A stretch of DNA of 32,000 nt from Trichodesmium erythraeum IMS101 (GCF_000014265.1 NC_008312.1:1470001-1502000), one strand, 5' to 3'; positions 20,871 through 31,446 are shown, counted from the stretch's first letter. Translations and numbers: made by a program. Notes: generated by a model not told the origin, from the sequence alone.

Positions 20871-21142
20871 ACTTGTGTCGGACTACCCAAAAAATGAAAA
20901 TATCAATGTCAAAATTGTCAGAGATAATTTGTCTCAAATAGTCAAATAAATTATATTAGTAGTAATTAAACCAAAGAACTCCACAAATAAATTACTGCTA
21001 TAAAAAATTAGTTTGGCTGGTTTAATGTCTGTCAAATGTATGTTAAACAAATATATCCATCATTACGTCAATAATTAAGTATGCTCAGATTTCCCAGTCT
21101 ATTAAATGTACTAAAAAAAACACAATATTAATTATAATTAAT

Positions 21143-21177
21143 CCCGACGCTTCCTTTTAGGAAAGCGTGGGTTTTTT
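21143..21177. terminator. GC-rich hairpin with flanking A6 and T6 runs; candidate bidirectional intrinsic terminator 38 nt downstream of the thioredoxin stop
   Basis: The sequence is CCCGACGCTTCC-TTTTA-GGAAAGCGTGGG followed by TTTTTT on the + strand. On the - strand the same hairpin follows the trx stop codon and is followed by AU-rich sequence. The stem has two single-base bulges. Confidence 0.5.
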
Positions 21178-21214
21178 CACAACATTTAGAGATAATAGAT
21201 AAAAAATATCTTGT

Positions 21215-21544
21215 TCATGCTAAATGAGCTTCTAATCTCTCAACTAACTTATTCAATGTAATGCTTCCTTCATGGGAAAGTAATAATTTTTTATTCCCAA
21301 ACAGTCTAAGTGCAGGAACTCCTTCAACCTTATATGACTTTACGGTTTCTGGGTTAGGATCAACCTCCATCTTGACCACTTTTAGACGATCACTATACGT
21401 AGTGGCCACTTTTTCCACGGAAGGGGATACTAATTTACATGGACCACACCAACTAGCCCAAAAGTAAGCCAATACAAGTTTTTCTGATTGGAGGACTTCA
21501 CCTTCAAATTCAGAATCAGTAATGACAACAACATTGCTACTCAC
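21215..21544 (-). CDS. trxA: Thioredoxin
   Basis: A 109-aa ORF with the canonical WCGPC active site (FWASWCGPCKLVSP), the conserved VDPNPE..YKVEGVPAL block and typical length. Confidence 0.9.
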   Translation of the reverse strand: MSSNVVVITDSEFEGEVLQSEKLVLAYFWASWCGPCKLVSPSVEKVATTYSDRLKVVKMEVDPNPETVKSYKVEGVPALRLFGNKKLLLSHEGSITLNKLVERLEAHLA

Positions 21545-21620
21545 GTTTCTTCTATCTCACTCATATTTACTAAAATTTTCTGACAAATATTTTCTATTGA
21601 TTTTATCTATTCTATCATAA

Positions 21621-22650
21621 TTACCTGGCGGAGTGACATAACAGACTAAAAATTTTAATTGACAAAGTTTGCAGTTGTCCTACTTCTGTAATAATTGAGC
21701 CGTTTTTGATAAATTTGGCCATCATCTCTTCAACTTTCTCTGGCAAAATTTCCCAGGCATTTAACCAAGCTTGACCTCTATTTCCCGTATAAAAGTGGGG
21801 ATGTCGTCTATATTTTTTCCCTTTTTCTGTGGTCAGGTTTACATAATTTGCTACTCCTTTTGCGCAAATTATTTTGCCGTTTTTTAAGGATTAAAAATAT
21901 ACTAAAGTGGTCAATAATGTTATGGCAATTAATCGTTATCCCTTGACTTTAGTTCATCCCATCTTATAGCCTCGAATCTTAAAATTCCGGAAATTTATTC
22001 GATATATATTCACTTTTTACCAATATTGATTGCTATTTATAAACCAAAATATTTGTTCATATAAACTATGAATCTTCTGCTGTTATACTGACTTACTCTT
22101 ATTTTATATTTACTTAAAATTTTCTTGATTAAAAACCTCTAGTATTAGTGAATTTTACTTGTTGTAAATATATAGATATTCCCGGCTTTATCCCTCATTA
22201 GAAAGTTATTCACTATTCCCCGACTTACTATTCACAATTATTTTTACCTTTCTATATACAAGTTTTTTTTCAGTCTCAGACAAAAGCATATCTTTTTTTG
22301 CTATTTTAACTATTTTTCTGGTTCCAGACTACAAAATTATCGGTCTCCTAAAATCACTTTTTGATGACTTGAGAATAAATTTAAAACTTTCAATAATAAT
22401 TATCTTTTTTCAGAAAAGTTACTGTTTCCTTTTTTGTCTAAGTTGGTAATGTAAATTGGTCTGCTACGGCGCTGATAAACTAGGCTCACAACTAACAAAT
22501 TTACTACGACCTGATCCTAAGTTTTATTTATAACTAAATATAATAGTTCCCTTGAAAGAAAATTCTGATTTATCCAATCTTTGATAATAGAAAACCATAA
22601 AGTTTTAAATTGAATATTTACATCCGATAAAAATTTTTGCAAACCTCGAC
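21621..22650 (-). pseudogene. IS4-family DDE transposase pseudogene
   Basis: Reverse-strand translation across stops reads LVVSLVYQRRSRPIYITNLDKKGNSNFSEKR..., then KVILGDR*FCSLEPEK*LK*QKKICFCLRLKKNLYIE, then WFINSNQYW*KVNIYRINFRNFKIRGYKMG*TKVKG*RLIAITLLTTLVY. It ends KGVANYVNLTTEKGKKYRRHPHFYTGNRGQAWLNAWEILPEKVEEMMAKFIKNG..., with the stop at 21621-21623. The order and motifs (LGDREFCS, IEEMFRDFKSGGYNLE, RHSSFYxGLxGQtW) match IS4-type transposases. Confidence 0.6.
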
Positions 22651-23039
22651 GACAACTCTGAAATTTAATATATTTTAGTATTTGATTAGCTAGGGTTTTT
22701 CACCTTACCCAGATAAGGTTTTCAAGTAGGAAAATTAGAATTTTTTATATAAGCTAGATACTCCTAGTTAATTGATTTTCTATGTGTTTATGGTACAACC
22801 AGGGGAGTTTGTTCTTTATTAAATTAGCTTTGTTGATAATTATTGGGCTCATCTTTTTTTACCTTGTTTTACCTGAGTTCGATATAAATAAAAAGGACAG
22901 AAGGTAGGTAGAATAAACTTTATCTCAATTCCTTATGTTTATTGATAATAAATAGATAATTTAAAACTATCCAAAATATTTAAATTTTGGTCATTAATGA
23001 ATTTTTGAATTGTTTATTAAACGTTATTTAATATCTATT

Positions 23040-24223
23040 TTATTTATAAATTAGGTAAAATTTTTTATTCATTTTTATCTGATTTAATTGCTGGTTTTTC
23101 TCTGGAAAACTATAAGCAATTAATCAAGCAATTTTATTCACTATAAAATTTTGCAAACTTCGATTTTAACAGTGCACAAGTTGTGAAATATTTTTTAATT
23201 TTTCATTGAAATTTTTAATTAATGAACGTTTTAATACACATTAATTTTTTTTCCATAAATCTACTAATTTATTTTTCATATTTTTCTGATAAAGAGTTAC
23301 TAAAATTAGATTATTTCCGTATAATTTATCAAATAAATTTTGAGATATATAGCCTTTATCTCCAAATAAATTACCCTTTTTTTTTGAGATAAATTTGAGA
23401 TAAAAATGTAACTTTTTTGCCTCGTCTAAGCTAATATTTTTGCAAGTTTATTAATAATTAAGTGCAGTTTAAATCCAAAATATCAATCTATTGAACTCTT
23501 AGCCTATCTTGCTAACCTCTTAAACACTTTATTTATTTTGGCTCTTTTATTATGACAAATTTTAATGCTCATACAATCAATAAAAAAATATCTGTGCAGT
23601 TACCTTTTTGTCTATTAAGGTAAATCTCTAGAAGGTATTAATGTTAATGGTATTAATTCAAAAAAACAATTTTGACTTACCAAACAAGGAAAACATTTCT
23701 GTGCAGTTACCTTTTTGTCTATTAAGGTAAATCTCTAGAAGGTATTAATGTTAATGGTATTAATTCAAAAAAACAATTTTGACTTACCAAACAAGGAAAA
23801 CATTTCTGTGCAGTTACCTTTTTGTCTATTAAGGTAAATCTCTAGAAGGTATTAATATTAATGGTATTAATTCAAAAAAACAATTTTGACTTACCAAACA
23901 AGGAAAACATTTTTGATAATATTTATTTTTTTTTTATTTATAATAAGCTTTAAAATTACGACCAATAGACTTATTAAAATAAATCATTATTGTCATGAAT
24001 TTACTTAAAAATAGGCGAGATATTTTTATTATTTTTCTTTGACAATTTTTCAGAAAATTAAAGTTAATATTTTTTTTAAAATAAAGATAAAACTTACCTA
24101 TATTACAAAATAATTATTCTAATTAAATAATTATATTTTTCTCAATTAACAAGAGTTATGTTTTGAAACAATCAGGAAAAAATAATCATGAATAATGCTA
24201 AATAATTTAAAATCATTTAGCAT
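23040..24223 (-). pseudogene. IS982-family transposase pseudogene carrying an internal triplication
   Basis: Reverse-strand translation gives these parts. N-terminus: MLNDFKLFSIIHDYFF (ATG 24223-24221), then SKFMTIMIYFNKSIGRNFKAYY. Next: KCFPCLVSQNCFFELIPLTLIPS, which is the repeat unit. Next: IDCMSIKICHNKRAKINKVFKRLAR*AKSSID*YFGFKLHLIINKLAKILA. Last: GDKGYISQNLFDKLYGNNLILVTLYQKNMKNKLVDLWKKN*CVLKRSLIKNFNEKLKNISQLVHC*NRSLQNFIVNKIA*LIAYSFPEK, ending at stop 23040-23042. It is collinear with the IS982 consensus (...FIDSTPIxVCHNKRIxRNKVFK...GFKLHL...GDKGYIS...NMKN...IEHSRHRS...). Confidence 0.8.
23591..23911. repeat. Three near-identical tandem copies of a 107-bp unit
   Basis: Units start at 23591, 23698 and 23805 with an exact period of 107. 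The only difference I saw is G>A in ATTAAT(G/A)TTAATGG of copy 3. The unit is an internal piece of the IS982 transposase coding sequence. Confidence 0.95.
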
Positions 24224-24751
24224 TATTTAAAAAAAAAATTACTTTGTTTTCTTGTGACATCTTGCCCATTATCAATAAATATTGCTTGTTGAAAATAATT
24301 TATTTTTTGTAAATTAGTGAAACTATAAAGTGGAAAATTTTGGGAATAACTATTACTCGCTAAAGCTTACGGCTATCTCAAAGTTAGAAACTTTATCAAA
24401 AAACTATAAACCCTGTAAGCAAATTCTTATAATGCTTTCAGCCTTTAAAGCCAATATTTTTTTAGGATAACTTTGTACTCTTCAAAAACTTTTTAAAACC
24501 CTTTTTTGACCTCTGCCCAGTATAAGTACCATCTTTTTATTGATGGGGTAATCTTTTTGACATTTGACATTTGATTTTTTAATTTTGACTGATATGAAAA
24601 GGTTAACTTCTGACTTCTGACTATCGCAATAAAACTTTACACGAACTCACCCCCCATAAAGTCCTAACCTGAACCCCGCCTCTGATAGACTTTAACACTG
24701 GGAGAGCAAAATCAAAAACTTTTCCTGTTTCATTGAGAGAATAAAAAAATT

Positions 24752-25789
24752 ATGGATAATGTAATCGGTTTAGAAATTATCGAAGTAGTAGAACAAGCAG
24801 CGATCGCCTCTGCTCGTTGGATGGGAAAAGGGGAGAAAAATACTGCAGACGAAGTAGCTGTAGAAGCTATGCGCGAACGTATGAACAAAATTCACATGAG
24901 AGGCCGCATTGTAATTGGAGAAGGGGAGCGAGATGAAGCACCCATGCTCTACATTGGGGAAGAAGTAGGAATTTGTACTCAGCCTGATGCGAAAAAAATG
25001 TGTGAGGTAGAACAGCTAATCGAGATTGACATAGCAGTGGACCCTTGTGAAGGTACAAACCTAGTTGCTTATGGTCAAAATGGTTCTATGGCAGTATTAG
25101 CTATTTCTGAGAAAGGTGGTTTGTTGGCAGCACCAGATGTCTATATGAAAAAACTAGCGGCACCAGCAGTAGCTAAAAATCATGTAGATATTAATAAGTC
25201 GGCTACCGAAAACCTCAAAATTATTTCAGAATGCATGGACCGTGCTGTTGAAGAATTGGTAGTTGTAGTTATGGATCGTCCACGTCACAAACAGTTAATT
25301 AGTGAAATTCGTCAAGCTGGTGCTAGAGTTCGTCTAATTAGTGATGGTGACGTTTCTGCTGCAATTTCCTGTGCATTTGCAGGTACAAATATTCATGCTT
25401 TGATGGGTATTGGTGCAGCCCCAGAGGGAGTAATTTCTGCAGCAGCTATGCGTGCTTTAGGAGGCCATTTCCAAGGACAACTGATTTATGACCCAGCTAT
25501 TGTCAAAACTGGTTTAATTGGAGAAAGCAAAGAAGATAATATGAAGCGACTCAAAGATATGGGTATTGAAGATCCAGACAAAGTTTATAATGCTGAAGAA
25601 TTAGCTTCTGGAGAAACAGTCCTATTTGCAGCTTGTGGTATTACTCCTGGTACTCTGATGGAAGGAGTACGTTTCTTCCCCAATGGCGCTCGTACCCAAA
25701 GTTTAGTTATTTCTTCTCAGTCAAAAACTGCTCGTTTTGTAGATACTGTTCATATGTTTGGAGAAACAAAAACACTGCAGCTGAAATAG
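24752..25789 (+). CDS. glpX: Class II fructose-1,6-bisphosphatase / sedoheptulose-1,7-bisphosphatase (cyanobacterial bifunctional F/SBPase)
   Basis: An intact 345-aa [48 protein letters not shown]... and the DPCEGT and [11 protein letters not shown] motifs are characteristic of GlpX-type F/SBPase. A HIP1 site lies in the 5' coding region. Confidence 0.92.
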   Translation: MDNVIGLEIIEVVEQAAIASARWMGKGEKNTADEVAVEAMRERMNKIHMRGRIVIGEGERDEAPMLYIGEEVGICTQPDAKKMCEVEQLIEIDIAVDPCEGTNLVAYGQNGSMAVLAISEKGGLLAAPDVYMKKLAAPAVAKNHVDINKSATENLKIISECMDRAVEELVVVVMDRPRHKQLISEIRQAGARVRLISDGDVSAAISCAFAGTNIHALMGIGAAPEGVISAAAMRALGGHFQGQLIYDPAIVKTGLIGESKEDNMKRLKDMGIEDPDKVYNAEELASGETVLFAACGITPGTLMEGVRFFPNGARTQSLVISSQSKTARFVDTVHMFGETKTLQLK

Positions 25790-26537
25790 AAATAGTATTA
25801 GGTAAATTAGAGCTAGATATAGTTAATAAAAATTTGCCTAAAATTCTCAAATTTACTCATCGGCTAAAAATGCCACATTAAGAGAATGCTTATAATTGTA
25901 AAACTTCGTGTTTGACTTTTGAAATGAGACTTAAAGGGAAGTATTAATCTTGAAAAATATTCAAGAACTAAATAGTTTGTTGGAAAGTCACCTTTGTAGA
26001 AAGTCAAAATATTTTAACAGCCAGTCTGTTAAGGATTTAATGAAACAAGAAGTGAACATTAAATCTTCAATTATCTTTAGCATGGGTAAGTTTTATAAAG
26101 CAGCTTAGAAAATATGGAATTGAGATTGGAGCATTCTAATACTCAAAATTAATTCCTAAGTTAAGTTATTAGCTATGAGCTATTAGTACTTAGCAATAAA
26201 AATGAGATACAAATGAGAGACAAACCAGGGTAAGTTATATCAGTTTCTAAAATTATTACTCAAAAAATTTAGAATTTTTTCTATAGATAGAATTCGCTGA
26301 AATGATATTTCTTGACTTCGGTACTCTGGAAAATTATTAATCTTTTAGGGTAGGTTTTAAGGTTTGAAGTTAAATATTTTAGTTAGATAGATACGAAAAA
26401 TTTAACCATCCATAAAACCTACCTTATTTTTGTTTAATTATAATCGGTGTCAAAATGATAGAAATTTTTCCTAGTTCATCCTTTAAGGTATGATTTTAAT
26501 CAAAAAAAAACGAAACAATTAACAAAATAAAAATTAT

Positions 26538-27833
26538 ATGAATATTGCAGTAATAGGACTGAGTCACAAAACAGCTCCTGTCGAAGTTCGAGAAAAATTA
26601 AGTCTTCCAGAAACAGAAATACAAAATGCAATTTCTGAATTGTGTAGTGGAACTTATACCCAAGAAGTAGGAATTCTTAGTACCTGTAATCGTTTAGAAA
26701 TTTATGTAGTTACTAATGAAATGCAGCCTGGTATTAGGGAAGTAACTCAGTTTCTTTCTGAGTCTAGTAAAATACCTTTAAATCAGCTTCGTCCTCACTT
26801 ATTTATGTTACTCCATGAAGATTCTATTATGCACTTAATGCGAGTTGCTTCTGGATTAGATAGTTTAGTATTAGGTGAAGGGCAAATTTTAGCTCAGGTT
26901 AAACAAACTCATAAACTTGGACAAAAATATAAGGGTATTGGACGTATTCTTAACCGTTTATTTAAGCAGGCTGTAACTGCTGGAAAAAGGGTACGGACAG
27001 AAACAAGCATTGGTACTGGCGCTGTTTCTGTTAGTTCTGCTGCAGTGGAATTAGCTCAGATGAAATTAGAGGATTTATCTAATTACCAAGTGGCTATTGT
27101 GGGTGCTGGTAAAATGTCAAAATTACTGGTGCAACATTTATTAGCTAAAGGGGCAAATAAGATATCAATAATTAATCGTTCTGTGGGACGCGCTCAGGAT
27201 TTAGCAAATAGTTTTAAAGATGCAAATATAAAAGTTTATTCTATGTTAGAAATGGTTCAGGTTATTGGTGAATCAGATCTAGTATTTACTAGCACTGCTG
27301 CAACTGAACTGATTTTAGATAAAGCCAAATTAGAAACAATTTTAGACCCTTTAAAACCTCTAATGTTGGTGGATATTTCTGTACCTCGTAATATTGGTAA
27401 TGATGTCAGTGAATTGCCAAATGTTCGTTGTTTTAATGTGGATGATTTAAAGGCGGTTGTTGCTCAAAATAGAGAAAGTCGTCGCCAAATGGCTATGGAA
27501 GCTGAGGTTTTATTAGAGGAAGAGGTAGAAGCTTTTGATGTATGGTGGAAAAGTTTGGAAACTGTTCCGACTATTAATTCTTTACGACAAAAAATAGAGA
27601 CTATTAGAGAACAAGAATTAGAAAAAGCTTTATCTCGTTTAGGTTCAGAATTTGCCGAAAAACATCAAGAGGTAATTGAGGCTTTAACTAGGGGTATTGT
27701 GAATAAAATTTTGCATGATCCGATGGTACAGTTACGAGCGCAACAGGATATTGAGGCCAGGCGTCATGCAATGGAGACTTTACAACTTTTGTTTAATTTA
27801 GAGTCGGAAATGAGTTCTGGGAAGGTAATTTAG
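26538..27833 (+). CDS. hemA: Glutamyl-tRNA reductase
   Basis: An intact 431-aa ORF. The N-terminus [22 protein letters not shown], then STCNRLEIY (catalytic Cys), [17 protein letters not shown] and the NADPH-binding IVGAGKMS are canonical HemA motifs. Confidence 0.95.
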   Translation: MNIAVIGLSHKTAPVEVREKLSLPETEIQNAISELCSGTYTQEVGILSTCNRLEIYVVTNEMQPGIREVTQFLSESSKIPLNQLRPHLFMLLHEDSIMHLMRVASGLDSLVLGEGQILAQVKQTHKLGQKYKGIGRILNRLFKQAVTAGKRVRTETSIGTGAVSVSSAAVELAQMKLEDLSNYQVAIVGAGKMSKLLVQHLLAKGANKISIINRSVGRAQDLANSFKDANIKVYSMLEMVQVIGESDLVFTSTAATELILDKAKLETILDPLKPLMLVDISVPRNIGNDVSELPNVRCFNVDDLKAVVAQNRESRRQMAMEAEVLLEEEVEAFDVWWKSLETVPTINSLRQKIETIREQELEKALSRLGSEFAEKHQEVIEALTRGIVNKILHDPMVQLRAQQDIEARRHAMETLQLLFNLESEMSSGKVI

Positions 27834-28059
27834 TTAGAGTTTTTGGGTTTTGGTGAATTGGTAATTTTTTTATTTTTTTGTCTATTAGTGTCTTATAAAA
27901 AACTATAGTTAGTAAGTTTCATAATAATAAAAATTAATTACCTCATCACCAATACTCTTAATGAAGTTAGAAGTCAGAAATTGTTTTTGTAAAAGTAATT
28001 TTAATTTTGAGAACTATCCAAAAATATTTTTCTAAATAAAATATACTATAAATAAAATA

Positions 28060-29565
28060 ATGACAGATAAAAATAATCTGCCAAAACAACTAAGTTTATT
28101 TAATTTGAATTCAACAAATATAGAAGATTTAGCAACTCCTAAAGGTTACAAGGGAATTGCAGCATTTCATAAATATTGGGGAAAAAAGCCAATAGAATGT
28201 CTTTCATTTTTGATTGAATCATTAACAACGGAAAATGATATTATTTTAGATCCTTTTTTAGGTTCTGGGTTAGTAGCAAGAGAGTCAATATCTAGAAAGA
28301 GGCGATTTATTGGTATTGATATTAATCCTATATCAGTAGAACTAGCAAAGATGTTAATTGATTTACCATCTCATTTACATTTAAGAGAAATACTAAGTTC
28401 TTTTGAAGAAAATATTAAACCTAAAATAGAGGCAACTTATACTTTGGATGATGGCAATATTGCTAGTCACTATTTATGGGAAGAAGAAAAAATAAAATCT
28501 GTTTGGACTATTGCAAAAGGAGGCAGAAAGCGGGAAGAAAGAATACCAACAGAGTATGATTATAATTTGATTGAGCAATTTCAAAATTATCAGCCAAAAA
28601 TTCCTAGAGAAATTAATCTTTTTCAAAATAGCAGAATTAATACAAAAGATAATTTTAAATTAACAGATTTATTGACTTGTAGAGCTTTGCATAATATAGA
28701 CATTTTACTAGAAGCAATAAATCAACAAGATAATGAATTGAAGAAAGCTTTATTACTTTCATTAACTTCTGCTTCTGGGCAAATGTCTAAGATGGTATTT
28801 GCTATTACAGGACGTGGAAAAAACAAAAATCAACCTACAAAAAAAATAGAAGTAGGTAGTTGGGTAATAGGATATTGGCGACCTACACTTCACTTTGAAA
28901 TTAATGTCTGGAATTGTTTTGAAAGACGTGTTAAAAAGCTAATTAAAGCTATTGACGAAATTGATGATATAAACACATCTAATTTATCTGGTCAATTAAT
29001 AGATGTTGTGAATTATAAGGCTAATGTAGCTATTGTAGAAGGAGATAATAGAAAAGTATTATCTGAATGTCCTGATGAAATTATTTCATTAATTGTAGCA
29101 GACCCTCCTCATAGCGATCGTATTCCCTATTTAGAGTTGAGTGAAATGTGGAATTCTCTGATTGGTAAAAAGCCAAATTTTTCAGATGAAATAGTTATTT
29201 CAAATGCCGTAATTCGAGGTAAAGATCGAAAAACTTATATCAAAGAAATGGGAATTTTTTTTGATAATACTGCCAGAATTTTAAAGCCAGGAGGTATTTT
29301 GGCTTTATTTTTTAATTCCAAAGATCGAGAAATTTGGAACTTTCTTAATCAAATAATTTTATCGTCAACAGAAATTAATTTTCGAGGCTATTTTCCTATG
29401 AAATATTCTTCTAATTCAGTATTACAGAATAATAGAACTGGCAGTCTTAAACATGATTTTGTGCTAATTTATCAGAAGTCAGGAAAAAGATCTTCAGAGT
29501 TTTTTCAATCACTGATAGTTATTCCTGGTTGGCGTTCAGAATTTCCTAATTATGCTGATAATTAA
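28060..29565 (+). CDS. Site-specific DNA methyltransferase (amino-methyltransferase, N6-adenine or N4-cytosine), alpha-type motif order
   Basis: An intact 501-aa ORF. The AdoMet region is near the N-terminus: FHKYWGKKPIECLSFLIE (motif X-like), DPFLGSG (motif I, 28249-28269) and RRFIGIDINP. About 280 aa of non-conserved, target-recognition-like sequence follow. The catalytic motif IV is IVADPPH (DPPH at 29101-29112), followed by LKPGGILALFF. Confidence 0.75.
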   Translation: MTDKNNLPKQLSLFNLNSTNIEDLATPKGYKGIAAFHKYWGKKPIECLSFLIESLTTENDIILDPFLGSGLVARESISRKRRFIGIDINPISVELAKMLIDLPSHLHLREILSSFEENIKPKIEATYTLDDGNIASHYLWEEEKIKSVWTIAKGGRKREERIPTEYDYNLIEQFQNYQPKIPREINLFQNSRINTKDNFKLTDLLTCRALHNIDILLEAINQQDNELKKALLLSLTSASGQMSKMVFAITGRGKNKNQPTKKIEVGSWVIGYWRPTLHFEINVWNCFERRVKKLIKAIDEIDDINTSNLSGQLIDVVNYKANVAIVEGDNRKVLSECPDEIISLIVADPPHSDRIPYLELSEMWNSLIGKKPNFSDEIVISNAVIRGKDRKTYIKEMGIFFDNTARILKPGGILALFFNSKDREIWNFLNQIILSSTEINFRGYFPMKYSSNSVLQNNRTGSLKHDFVLIYQKSGKRSSEFFQSLIVIPGWRSEFPNYADN

Positions 29566-29781
29566 TAAAAAAGTAAAAAATTTTGAGGCTATTTTCCTAT
29601 GAAATATTCTTATAATTCAGTAGTACAGAATCATAGAAATGGTAGTTTTAAAAATAATTTTGTACTAATTTATCAGAAGTCAGGAAAAAGAGCTTCAGAG
29701 GTTTTTTAATCATTGACAGTTCTTTCTGGTTGGCGTTCAAAATTTATTAATTATGCTGATAATTAATAAAAAAGTAAAAAA
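29379..29781 (+). repeat. Tandem duplication (about 202 + 201 bp, roughly 90% identical) of the 3' end of the methyltransferase gene plus its 16-bp downstream spacer
   Basis: Copy A (29379-29580) is the real gene end: ...FRGYFPMKYSSNSVLQNNRTGSLKHDFVLIYQKSGKRSSEFFQSLIVIPGWRSEFPNYADN*. Copy B (29581-29781) reads F*GYFPMKYSYNSVVQNHRNGSFKNNFVLIYQKSGKRASEVF*SLTVLSGWRSKFINYADN*. Both end in TAATAAAAAAGTAAAAAA. Confidence 0.9.
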
Positions 29782-30809
29782 TGAAGTATATCAGAAAAGT
29801 TGTTGAATAATTTTGATTAATTATCTCAACTTTATACAGAAGAAAATTTTTATGAATTAATATCATTGCCACTAGTTTGAGATTTTCTTAAGCTACATTT
29901 AATTGCTGGTAAATGTTACCTGATATATTTATGTAAAAAAGCAGGATTTTTCTACAGAGAAAATCTTAACTAAAAATCTTTTGGTAACTCTATACAAAAC
30001 TTAAATTTATAAAACTATAATGAATAAAGTTATTAAGGATATTTATGAACAAAAAAAACTGAAATAATAATAAATGAACCAGCACTTTTAGCAGAGCTTT
30101 ATAAACTATGAGTTTTTAATTAGGCAGGAATATATCAAAACTATATAGGGTTTTTTAAGTTAGGTTGATACAGTTTTTTCTCTTTTCTATACCCTATTTT
30201 TCTTGCTTACTAATCTTTCATGGAATTTCCATCCACTTCCCCTGCTAAAACAAATAAATTTTGTACCTCAAGAGTTTGGGAATTGCTATATTAATAAATA
30301 TTTTGTAGATAACTATATAAAAAAAATAACTAACTATGATAAGTTAATAGAAACAATAGAACATAAAATATTAAATAGCTTAAAATGATTTGTGTTATTC
30401 TCCTGGTTCAATATTAATTGAAGATATTTTTAAAGACCACACTCGCGTTCTATTTACAGTTAGAAAAATTAAGCAGTTTGACTTTTTTATTGATGGTATC
30501 CCCTTTGACTTCAAAATGACTTATTTCCCTGGAGAATTTATGAAAAAGTAAAGATAAGAAAGAGGTTTAGTCAGTGAAGAATTATCAGCATTGAAAAAAG
30601 CAGCTAAATATTTTCAAATACCTTTTGATACTAAGTGTTATAAAAACGATTTAATCATTGACTTAATTACAGTTTTTTATGAAAGTTTAGATGAACAAGT
30701 AAAAACGTTTTACAAAAGTATTTTTTCTGCAAGATATGAAATAATTAATCACACAATATCAAATCTTCGCCAATTATTATTTTGGCTTTACGAGAATTAT
30801 GGTAGTTAA
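29781..30809 (+). pseudogene. Decayed gene immediately downstream of the methyltransferase; possibly the cognate restriction endonuclease (speculative)
   Basis: An ATG at 29781 lies 16 bp after the duplicated methyltransferase stop, but the reading (MKYIRKVVE*) stops at once. Protein-like stretches continue in shifting frames: LSQLYTEENFYELISLPLV, FLKLHLIAGKCYLIYLCKKAGFFYRENLN, then ORF 30203..30388. Frame 0 from 30384 then reads ...ILIEDIFKDHTRVLFTVRKIKQFDFFIDGIPFDFKMTYFPGEFMKK*R*ERGLVSEELSALKKAAKYFQIPFD...ENYGS*. The D...DFK spacing could be a PD-(D/E)xK remnant. Confidence 0.35.
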
Positions 30810-31446
30810 AGATTAGATACTAATATTTGTTTATTTTTGGTAGTTATAGATCAAAATTATTTGGAATATATTTGAAAATTTAAACGAGATTATAAACTAC
30901 TAAAAAGAGAAATCTAAAGTTATCAAGATAACCATAGTTTTAATCTAAATCAACTTTTGATGAAATGGTATTATAAAGGTCAAAACTATCAAAGTTATAC
31001 AGATTTTTTGTTGGCATTTAAGTAAATGTGAGAAGAGTAAAAAAACTCTAAATTTATAAAAAAATTACTGTGGAAAGTTATAACTGTGAGTCAAGCAAAG
31101 CCTATTCCTAAAAAATGTGGCGCACCGAGGGTATCAACTATTGCGTATGTTAGAATAATATTAAATATTACAAAAATTACAACCTATATTCCGTGCCACA
31201 AATATAATGCAAAAGTATTTTTAAGGCATAATTTGGGTTATAGCCTCTTTTCTTACTAAAAACTATTAATAGTCTATATAAGATTTATTTTTGCTTACAA
31301 AATTTATAGTTATTATCAGACAAGGCTTTCAATGGTTAACTTTAAATACTACGTTTTAACATGGGGAATATAGCTTAAAACTTAGAATTAATTATATTTA
31401 AGTTTTTTCTGAATAATGAAGTCTAACTCATTGATAGTGAATAATC

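Noticed and set aside
21261-21467. ORF 21261..21467(+)
   Set aside because: It is antisense within the thioredoxin gene.
23591-23911. Possible CRISPR array or novel satellite (regular near-identical repeats in an ORF-free region)
   Set aside because: The units are directly abutting with no spacers, and the period of 107 bp is too long for CRISPR repeats. The unit is explained as an internal piece of the IS982 transposase coding sequence.
24557-24590. TTGACAT TTGACAT TTGA ... TTGACT: a cluster of -35-like hexamers about 170-190 bp upstream of glpX as a promoter
   Set aside because: I could not find a properly spaced -10 hexamer for any of the three TTGAC(A/T) copies. This may simply be a 7-bp microsatellite in AT-rich DNA.
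24867-25881. ORFs 24867..25058(-) and 25633..25881(+)
   Set aside because: They overlap glpX antisense or out of frame.
30203-30809. ORFs 30203..30388 and 30591..30809 as two independent small genes
   Set aside because: They line up, through one frameshift and two in-frame stops, with the intervening frame-0 segment as pieces of one decayed gene. 30591 would also require a TTG start.
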